IMG/VR virus record: IMGVR_UViG_3300045988_101358
Coordinates: 1-53,847 of that record
Direction: 5' to 3' (one strand)
DNA length: 53,847 nt
From: a virus
Shown here piece after piece: positions 39,528-48,600 of the stretch. Position 1 is the stretch's first letter, and each line of letters opens with the position of its first letter. The notes beneath the pieces were generated by a model that was not told where the DNA came from, did no database searches, and saw only the letters and a program-made list of their open reading frames with translations. The position numbers were made by a program, and so were the translations under genes.

Positions 39528-40244
39528 ATGGCAGCTATTGTGTGGGATAAGTCTGGTGAACGTACGTATGAGACTGGTGTCGATCACGGCGTTCTGTATC
39601 CGTACAACAAGGCGACCCACGCCTATGATAATGGTGTGGCATGGAACGGTCTGACCACTGTTACCGAGTCTCCGTCTGGCGCTGAGGCTTCTGCCCAGTA
39701 CGCTGACAACATCAAGTACCTGAACATGGTCTCTGCTGAGGAGTTCAGCGCCACTGTCGAGGCATTCACTTACCCGGACGAGTTCGGCGAGTGTGATGGT
39801 ACTGCCGAGGTGGCTCCTGGTGTTAAGATCGGTCAGCAGAACCGTAAGACCTTCGGTATGACTTACCGTACCGTCTTTGGCAATGATACCGATGCCAATG
39901 ACTACGGCTACAAGCTGCATCTGATCTATGGTGCGCTTGCTGCTCCGTCGGAGAAGGCTTATGCAACCATCAACGACTCTCCTGATGCTATCAGTTTCAG
40001 CTGGGAGGTTTCGACCACTCCTGTGAACGTGTCCGGCTTCAAGCCGACTTCGCTCCTCGTGATCGATTCCACCAAGGTCAACAAGACCAAACTTCAGGCT
40101 CTGGAGAAGGTCCTGTATGGTTCTGATGAGAAGGCTGGCGCCAATCCTCGTCTGCCTATGCCGGACGAAGTGGTGAACATGCTCAAGGAGACGAGTTCTC
40201 TGAGTGAAGATGTTCCTGGTGTGACTGACGTCACTGTTGCTTGA
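39528..40244 (+). CDS. Major tail (tube) protein.
   Basis: aaggaggtatccc-ATG. YETGVDHGVLYPY...GVAWNGLTTVTESPSGAE...YADNIKY...VEAFTYPDEF is typical of siphovirus tube proteins. Followed by a strong terminator. Confidence 0.75.
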   Translation: MAAIVWDKSGERTYETGVDHGVLYPYNKATHAYDNGVAWNGLTTVTESPSGAEASAQYADNIKYLNMVSAEEFSATVEAFTYPDEFGECDGTAEVAPGVKIGQQNRKTFGMTYRTVFGNDTDANDYGYKLHLIYGALAAPSEKAYATINDSPDAISFSWEVSTTPVNVSGFKPTSLLVIDSTKVNKTKLQALEKVLYGSDEKAGANPRLPMPDEVVNMLKETSSLSEDVPGVTDVTVA

Positions 40245-40255
40245 TAACATACATG

Positions 40256-40305
40256 CCCCAGACGATCATATAGTGGTTCGTCTGGGGCTTCTTCTCTTTA
40301 ATTTT
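40256..40305 (+). terminator. Intrinsic terminator after the tube gene.
   Basis: gccccagacga (12-nt loop) tcgtctggggc followed by ttcttctctttaattttt. Confidence 0.75.
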
Positions 40306-40319
40306 TATGTGAGGAAGAG

Positions 40320-40871
40320 ATGCTGGTATTAGTGATCCCAGATACTGAATTCTTGGATACTGAACATAGAAAGTTTGTGACTCGACGTGGAGCCACTCTC
40401 CATCTCGAGCACTCACTGATCTCCGTTTCAAAATGGGAGTCAATTCATCAGAAGGCCTTTCTTGGTAAAGCGCCAAAGACTCTTGATGAAACCATCGATT
40501 ATGTTCGATGCATGACTCTCGATAAAAATGTCCCTGATTATGTCTATAATTGCATCACCAACGAGAATATTCAGGCAGTAAACGATTATATTGCTAATCC
40601 TTATTCTGCAACCAAATTCTTTGACAGCAGGCATAGTGGAGCGAAATCCCAGTCTCAGGACACTATGACTTCTGAAATCATCTACTATCTGATGTTTGCT
40701 TACAGCATTCCTAAGGAATGCGAAAAGTGGCATCTTAATCGACTTCTGACATTGCTGCGTGTATTCGATTTGAAATCGAATCCTCAAAAGAAGATGTCCA
40801 GACGTGATCTTGCGGCTCAGAACCGTAGACTCAATGAAGAACGTCGTAAAAAACTCCATACGAAAGGATAA
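40320..40871 (+). CDS. Tail assembly chaperone-like protein.
   Basis: LHLEHSLISVSKWESIHQKAFLGK...ETIDYVRCMT matches a TAC family common upstream of tape-measure genes in Gram-positive phages. Confidence 0.55.
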   Translation: MLVLVIPDTEFLDTEHRKFVTRRGATLHLEHSLISVSKWESIHQKAFLGKAPKTLDETIDYVRCMTLDKNVPDYVYNCITNENIQAVNDYIANPYSATKFFDSRHSGAKSQSQDTMTSEIIYYLMFAYSIPKECEKWHLNRLLTLLRVFDLKSNPQKKMSRRDLAAQNRRLNEERRKKLHTKG

Positions 40872-40874
40872 GTA

Positions 40875-41966
40875 ATGCAAGGTATTGATATTTCGAATTG
40901 GCAGGCTGGTATCAACGTAGCCGCCGTTCCGTGCGATTTTGTTATTTCCAAGGCCACTCAGGGCACTGGTTATGTAAGCCCGGATTGCGCTCGTCAGGTT
41001 GAACAGGCTCTTGCCGCCGGTAAGGCTGTTGGCATCTATCATTATATTAATGGTGCCGGAGCAGTCGCCGAGATGGACTACTTCTACAATAACTGCAAGG
41101 GTTGGATGGGCAAGGTTGTCTGGTGCCTTGACTGGGAATCCCAGGAGAATGGCGCTTGGGGCAACACCGGATATCTCGACCAGTGCATCAAGCGTCTGGC
41201 TCAGCTTACTGGAAAGCCTCCTATCGTATACGCGTCTGCTAGTGCCTTCCCGTGGAACGTTGCTAGCGCAAATAACTGCGGTACTTGGGTTGCTCAGTAT
41301 GCCAACATGAATGCTACCGGCTATCAGGATTCTCCGTGGAATGAAGCTGCATACAACTGCGCTATTCGTCAGTATTCTTCGGCTGGTCGTCTGCCTGGTT
41401 ACAACGGCGCCCTGGATCTTAACAAGTTCTACGGTGATCGTGCAACTTGGAACAAGTATATCGCTGGTGGCTCTGGTAATGCCCCCGCCCCTGCACCTGC
41501 TCCGGCGAGGAAGTCGAACGATCAGATCGCTTCTGAGGTGATCGCCGGCGCTTGGGGTAACGATCCTGATCGTTCCAATCGCCTTCGTTCTGCCGGATAC
41601 GATCCTGCTGCGATTCAGGCCATCGTTAATGGCCGCCTTGGCGGAGGTTCTTCCTCTGGACGCACTTACGTGGTTCAGCCTGGCGATACTGTTTCTGGTA
41701 TTGCAGCTAAGTTTGGTGTTCCGACTTCGGCCGTCAGTGGTTTCCGTTCTGGCAACCCCAATCTCATCTATCCTGGTGAGACTTTGACGATCGGCGGAGG
41801 TTCTGCCCCAGCTCAGTCCAATGTGCTTCGCTACACCGTTCAGCCTGGCGATACTGTCTCTGGCATAGCTGCTAAGTTCGGTGTTGGTATTGGTGCTGTG
41901 AGTGGTTTCCGTTCCGGTAACCCCAATCTCATCTATCCTGGTGAGACCCTTACGATCAGGAAGTGA
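40875..41966 (+). CDS. Endolysin: GH25 muramidase plus two C-terminal LysM domains.
   Basis: MQGIDISNWQAGINV...FVISKATQGTGYVSP...GIYHYINGA...CLDWE (GH25). Two copies of Y(V/T)VQPGDTVSGIAAKFGV...GNPNLIYPGETLTI (LysM). Confidence 0.85.
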   Translation: MQGIDISNWQAGINVAAVPCDFVISKATQGTGYVSPDCARQVEQALAAGKAVGIYHYINGAGAVAEMDYFYNNCKGWMGKVVWCLDWESQENGAWGNTGYLDQCIKRLAQLTGKPPIVYASASAFPWNVASANNCGTWVAQYANMNATGYQDSPWNEAAYNCAIRQYSSAGRLPGYNGALDLNKFYGDRATWNKYIAGGSGNAPAPAPAPARKSNDQIASEVIAGAWGNDPDRSNRLRSAGYDPAAIQAIVNGRLGGGSSSGRTYVVQPGDTVSGIAAKFGVPTSAVSGFRSGNPNLIYPGETLTIGGGSAPAQSNVLRYTVQPGDTVSGIAAKFGVGIGAVSGFRSGNPNLIYPGETLTIRK

Positions 41967-41972
41967 CAGTTT

Positions 41973-42257
41973 ATGGCTAAAGATCTTGAATGGCCAGCCA
42001 TCTACGCTTACGAACAGAGTGATACATGGCAGGGGCGACTAAAGGGTGAATACTATGCTCTGGTCAAGCGTATTCACGACCTTGAGAAGTACATTAAAGG
42101 TCTTCGGAACTATAACCCTCGCCTGAGTGGTTATATTGCTCCAGCATCCAATCTTCCTAAGACTCCAGTCGGTGTATTGGAAGCTCAGTTGACTGCGATG
42201 AAGACGTATCGTGATGTTCTCAAGGATCGAGCTTCCAGAGAGTCTATCGATCTCTGA
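41973..42257 (+). CDS. Hypothetical protein (94 aa).
   Basis: aggaagtgacagtt-ATG. Confidence 0.6.
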   Translation: MAKDLEWPAIYAYEQSDTWQGRLKGEYYALVKRIHDLEKYIKGLRNYNPRLSGYIAPASNLPKTPVGVLEAQLTAMKTYRDVLKDRASRESIDL

Positions 42258-42269
42258 GAGGAGTTCAAA

Positions 42270-42653
42270 ATGGGAGTGACAGTAGAAGTTAAAGGCGATT
42301 GGAGGAACACTATCAAGTTTCTATCCGATCTTAAAGTCTCTTCATCAAAGCTCCGCTCTGTTCTTGAAGAGTGTGGGCGTGAAGGTGTAGCCGCTTTGTC
42401 TGCTGCCACTCCCGTTGAATCCAGTTTAACCGCTAGCTCGTGGGATTATGAGATTCATTCTACAGCTAATGGTTATCAAATCGACTGGATCAATACAAAT
42501 CTTCATGAGGGTGTCCCGATCGCAATCATCCTCCAATATGGGCATGGCACTGGAACCGGCGGCTATGTCGAAGGCAGGGACTACATTAATCCCGCCATGC
42601 GACCTATATTTGATAAACTCGCTGATAAAGCTTGGAAGGCGGTGAACTCGTAA
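42270..42653 (+). CDS. HK97 gp10-like tail/neck component.
   Basis: AALSAATPVESSLTASSW...GHGTGTGGYVEGRDYINPAMRPIFDKLADKAWKAV. Confidence 0.45.
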   Translation: MGVTVEVKGDWRNTIKFLSDLKVSSSKLRSVLEECGREGVAALSAATPVESSLTASSWDYEIHSTANGYQIDWINTNLHEGVPIAIILQYGHGTGTGGYVEGRDYINPAMRPIFDKLADKAWKAVNS

Positions 42654-45600
42654 TGGCGAACATTGATCAGCGCGTCGTAACGCTTAAACTTGACAGCTCG
42701 TCGTTCCAGAAGAACGCCAATGATGCCATCAAGACCATCGATAAGCTTACTCAGTCTTTGAGTAAGCTGAGTTCTTTGAAGGTCAATGACACTCTTAACA
42801 AGTCTCTATCAAGCGCTAATTTCAGCAAGCTTTCCAAGAGCGCTCAAGACAGCTTTGCTCAAATCGACAAGGCATCTAAGAATGTTAAGTTCCAATCTCT
42901 AATTTCCAATGCCGGAGCAGCATTCAGTCAGATTTCGGTCAAGGCTGGGCAAACGACTCTTGAGGGTTTGGCTAACAGTGTTCAAGCAATCGGCGACAAG
43001 TTTAATAGCCTTCGACTTATCGCTATTGGTACACTGACCAATATTGCTAGTCAAGCTGTCTCTTCCGGTGCGCAACTCGCTAAGAGCTTCACTATTGAGC
43101 CTATCATCGATGGTTTCCGTGAGTATGAGCTTCAGCTGAACTCGGTTCAGACAATTCTGGCTAATACGGCGTCAAAGGGAACAAACATTGATCAGGTCAA
43201 TGCAGCTCTGAATGAGTTGAACACTTATGCTGACCAGACAATCTATAACTTCTCTGAGATGACTCGTAACATCGGTACCTTCACTGCTGCCGGTGTTGAT
43301 CTGGACAAGTCTGTGGCCTCGATTAAGGGTATTGCAAACCTTGCCGCTATGTCGGGCTCGTCCTCACAGCAGGCATCGACTGCAATGTACCAGCTTTCGC
43401 AGGCTATCGCCGCCGGTAAGGTTCAGCTTATGGACTGGAACTCGGTGGTCAATGCCGGTATGGGTGGTGAGGCCTTCCAGAATGCTCTGAAGCGTACCGC
43501 GCAGCACTTCGGCACCGACGTCGACTCGATGATCAAGAAGTACGGATCATTCCGAGAGTCGTTGACCAAGGGCGAGTGGCTTACCACTGATGTTCTGACC
43601 GAAACCCTGAAGCAGCTGTCTGGTGCATATTCTGAGGCGGATCTGGTCGCTCAGGGCTATAGTGAGGATCAGGCTAAGGCCATCGTTGATATGGCCAAGA
43701 CTGCTGAAGACGCAGCAACTAAGATCAAGACCTTCTCTCAGCTTATGGATACGCTGAAGGAAGAGGTTGGCTCTGGTTGGGCAACCACATGGCAGATTCT
43801 GATGGGTAATTTCGAGGAAGCTCGAGATTCCTGGACTGCCATTGGTAATCAGCTTCAGGCTTCTATCGGACAGGTGTCCAAGGCCCGTAACGATCTACTC
43901 CAGGGATGGGCGAATCTCGGCGGTCGTAAGGAACTCTTCGACAGCCTGACCGACTCCCTCAAAATGGTAGCATCGTGGATCACTCCTATCAAGCAGGGAT
44001 TCCGCGATGTCTTTCCTCCCACTACTGCTCAGCAGCTCTTCGATATCACCAAGGGTCTTCATCAGTTCATTAAGGATGCCACCCTGACTTCGGATCAGTC
44101 CGAACGTCTTCGTGGTGTGGTGAAGACCCTGGCCTCCGGACTGAAATATCTTCTCGATGCTTTGAATGGAGCTCGAGAGGGTCTGTCCAAGATGATTGGC
44201 GGCGTAAAGGGTGTCATCAACGGTCTTTTGTCCATCTTTGATGGCGTAGCCAAGCTTACACAGTCGCTAACTGGTGGAACCAATGCCGCCAATGCGTTCA
44301 ATCAGGCATTTAGTCTAGTCGGTTCTGGTCTGAATGGCGTGGCCAAGATCCTCAGCCTTGTTGGTGTTGGTTTCTCGACACTAGCAAGCGCTGTCGGCAA
44401 TTCGCTAGGTAAGATTTCTGGTGGTATCAGTAATCTTACCGCTGGTACTGGTCAGATCCTCTCCAGTATCGTTACCATGTTCCAGAGCGTGTTCGGAGCC
44501 CTTCCGACGCTGCTGAATTCTGTCACCAATGGTATCGGTAACATCTTTAATAATGCGTTCAAGAACATCCCGTTCAAGGATATTCTTGCCACTGTTAATG
44601 AAGTTATCAAGACCATCATGATGTGGAACATCAATGGTATAATCCAAGGCTGGAAAAAGAACGCCAAGGACGCTCAGAGTATTGCCGATAAGATCCAGGA
44701 TATTGTAGCCTCCTTCAAGTCTATTCCTGAAAACATTACCAAGGTTCTGGACAAAACCAAAGACTCTATTTCCGCCTTCACCATGTCGATTAAGGCGAAT
44801 ATTCTTCTGAAGATTGCGGCGGCCATTGCTGTTCTGGCTGTGTCGCTCAAGCTTCTGAGTAATATTCCTCTTGATAAGCTTGCCTCTTCCTTGGGTATGC
44901 TTGCCGGTGGCATGACCGTGTTCGGCGGTATGGCACTTGGCTTCATCATCGCTCTTGACAAACTCTTCAAGGGCGCAAAGCGCATGGCGAAGCTCATGGT
45001 GCTCGTGCAGCAGTTCGGTAAGATGGCTAAGGCTATGGTTATATTTGCCGCCGCCATTCGAATACTAGCTGATGCTATGACTGTCTTTGGCGATATGGGC
45101 TGGGGCCAGATATTTAAGGGTGTTGTAGCCATTGGCGCTCTATCTGGCGTTCTGGTGGCAGTCTCAAAGCTTATGAGCGGCACCAAGGGCATGGCCAAGA
45201 CGTCCATGATGCTGATCGTATTCGCGGCAGCTATCAAGATTCTTGGTTCTGCTTTAAAGGGCATTGGCTCTCTCGACTTCCACATTATTGCTAAAGGTCT
45301 TTTAGGCATTGGTGCATCCACTGCCATCATGATCGTTGCAATGAAATCCTTGAATAAGGGTATGACGAAGCTGGTAAAGTCCGGCATCATGATGCTGACA
45401 TTTGCCATCTCGATGAAGACCATGGCTAGCGCTATCAAGAGCTTTGAAGGCATTGACGTCAAGACAATTGCCAAGTCTCTCGGTGCTCTTGGCGCAACAA
45501 TGTTGATTCTCTCCATCTATACCAACAAGATGAAGAGTGCCAACATCAAGACTGCTGCTACATCCGTCGCTTCGCTGATGCTATATGCTGAGGCATTGAA

Positions 45601-48600
45601 GCAGATGGGTGAGGCTATTGCTGCGTTCAATGATATTTCCATCGAAGGCGTCGGTAAGGCCATCCTCAGTATTGGGGCACTTCTTACAGAATTCGTTCTG
45701 TTTACGAAGCTCGCCAAGGCTGACAAGATCGGTGAGACTGGTGCTGCTCTTGCTGCCATGGGTGCTGCTGTTCAGCAGTTCGCTCAGGGTGTCGAGATCA
45801 TGGCCAAACTCTCTTGGGAAGAACTTGGCAAGGGTATCGTCGGTGTTGGGGCCGGTCTGACCATCATGGTCTCGGCTATGCGCTTCATGCCGAAGAATAT
45901 GCTCAAAGAATCTGCCGGAATGGTTGTGTTCTCCCTCGCGTTGAACGTGATGGCGAATGCGCTCAAGGAAATTGGCAGTATGAGTGTCGATCAGCTAGCC
46001 AAGGGCATCCTCGCCCTCGGTGGAGCGCTCTCCGTTATGGTCATCGCATTCAAGGCCCTTGATAGCACCAAGGGTTCGACTACCAAACTGGCCGCTTCTA
46101 TGCTGCTGTTTGGTATCTCACTTTCGATGATCGCAGGGCCAATCAAAATGCTGGGCGAAATGCGGACCAAGCAGGTCGCCCAAGGCCTTATCGCTATGGC
46201 TTCCGCCTTCGCCGTAATTAGTGTGGCTGCCAAACTGCTCTCCGGTATGACTGGGCAGATGCTCAAACTTGCTGGAAGCATGGCCGCTATTGGTGCTGCT
46301 ACGATCGTGCTGGGTCTTGGCCTTACGGCTATGATCTATCCTATCGAGAAGCTGGCCGGTCTTGGTTCGGAGGGGCTCGCACAGGGCGTTGGCGGCCTAG
46401 TGGCTGTCATTGGCACTGTCGCGGTACTCATTCAGAGCATCAACATGATGCCTAAGCTGAATCTCAAGGCTGTGGCGTCAATTGCTATAATGGCCGTCGT
46501 TATTGCCGGTGTTGGTGCCATTGTCAAACAGTTGGCTCAGCTTCAGCCGGGCGCGGCGCTTCAGGCTGCTACCGGTTTAAGTGAAGTCCTTCTGTCTGCT
46601 TCAGCATCTCTGGCTATTCTGTCGAAGATCAATGTCAGTGGTGCAGCCGTAGCTGTAGCGGCCCTTGGTGTTCTCATCGCTGGTGTGGCAGCTATCGTTG
46701 CTGCGGCTGGTGCCCTTGCTCAGATCCCTGGAGCCAAATGGCTCATGGGTGAGGGCCAGGCGTTCTTGCTTCAGATTGGCCAGGCTATCGGCGGCTTCTT
46801 CGGAGGCATTGTCGGTGGCGTTGTTGGTGGCGTCATGTCCACCATAGCTGGTCAGCTTCCAGCTATGGGCAGCGCTCTGTCCGATTTCTTCAATAACGCT
46901 AAGCCGTTCTTCGACGGCATGAGCGGAATGGGCACTGGCGTTCTTGATGGTGTGAAGAATTTGGCCCTTGCTATGGTGGCGCTCACAGGCGCAGAACTGT
47001 TGCAGGGGATCACCAACTTCCTTACCGGTGGAGGCTCTAGTATCGGAAAGTTCGGCCAGCAGATTGCCGAACTTGGACCATATCTGAAGAAATTCGGAGA
47101 ATCGGTTAAAGGTCTGGACGCAGGATCGGTTGAAGCTGCGGCTAATGCAGCCAAGGCTCTGGCTGAGTTCGCCAAGAACATTCCGAATGAAGGCGGATGG
47201 GCTGCCAAGATCATGGGTGAGAATGATATTGCCGCTTTTGGCATGAAGCTCATCCCATTCGGCACGTGCATCAAGACGTTCTCTGACGAAGTCAAGGGGC
47301 TTGATGCTGGTGCTGTTGAAGCCGCCGCCAGTGCTGCCAAGGCACTTGCTGCATTCGCCAAGAACATCCCGAATGAAGGCGGATGGGCCGCTAAGATCAT
47401 GGGTGAGAATGATATTGCTGCCTTTGGCAAGAAACTCGTCCCGTTCGGAAAGGCCATTAAGGAATATGCTACAGCAGTAAAGGGTGTCGATGGCTCGGTC
47501 ATCCAATCCTCCGTCAATTCTGCCAAAGCAATTTCTGAGTTCGCCAAGAATATTCCTAATTCTGGTGGACTTGGCACCTTGTTTACCGGTGACAACGATA
47601 TCGCTGTATTTGCTTCGAAGCTTGGACCGTTCGGCACTGCTATGTCGGACTTTGCCAAGAATCTTGGTAAGAATTTCAAGCCGGAAACGGTGACCGCTGC
47701 GGCCAATGCGGCCAAGGCAATCGCTGAATTGGCGAATAATCTTCCGAATAGTGGCGGTCTAAAGCAAGCATTCAGCGGAATCAAAGATCTTGGTGAATTC
47801 GCTGGTAATCTTAAGGGTCTTGGAACAGGCATCAAGGATTACGCGAATTCCGTCAAAGATATCAAGCCAGAAATGGCTGATAGCATTCGCAATTCGGCTA
47901 ATGCCATGTTGGCTATTGCTGATCTTCAGAAAGCCCTTCCGAAGATCGGTGGTTTTGGCGATGTCTTTAGTGGCGTTCAGGACTTCAGCACGTTTAATGC
48001 GCAGTTGAAGCCTCTTGGTGAGGCAATTAAAGACTATGCTGATTCGGTCAAGGACTTCAATCCAGAAACAGTGTCGCTTATCCAAAATTCTATTAATGTT
48101 TTGACGGAATTTGGTAAGCTTCAATCTGCTTTGCCAGCTGTTGGCGGTGTTGCACAGGCATTCAATGGTACTCATGACTTCTCGGTTATGGGTTCTCAGC
48201 TTGGGAGCCTTGGCGATGCTCTGGAAGATTACGTCGGGTCCATAACCACGGCCATGACCCCCGATATAGTGCCGTTGATTCAGTCGTCTATCGACTGCCT
48301 GAACGCATTGGGTGGCCTGCTGAATTCGCTTCCGGCGATTGGTGGTATAGCACAGTTCTTTAACGGTCATCAGGATTTTAGTGTTCTGAGCGGAGGTTTG
48401 ACGGGCCTCGGCAGCGCTATGTATGACTATGTGACATCCATATCCACTGCCATGACCGTGGATACTGTACCAGTCATTCAAGGGTCTATTGCCTGCCTGA
48501 ATGCATTGGGCGGCCTACTGAACAGTCTGCCACCTGTGGGTGCTATTGGTGACTGGTTTACCGGTCATCAGGATTTCAGTGTTCTGAGTAACGGTCTCAG

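Noticed and set aside
40320-40875. Expected -1 programmed frameshift (G/GT-type) at the end of the tail chaperone gene.
   Set aside because: I found no extended overlapping frame. The next gene is an endolysin with its own RBS (cgaaaggataagta-ATG) 3 nt after the stop. No chaperone frameshift product is supported.
44674-47835. Several 240-330-aa minus-strand ORFs within the tape measure gene.
   Set aside because: These are antisense frames of an Ala/Gly/Ser-rich repetitive gene. They have no translation signals and break the otherwise uniform + strand organisation.
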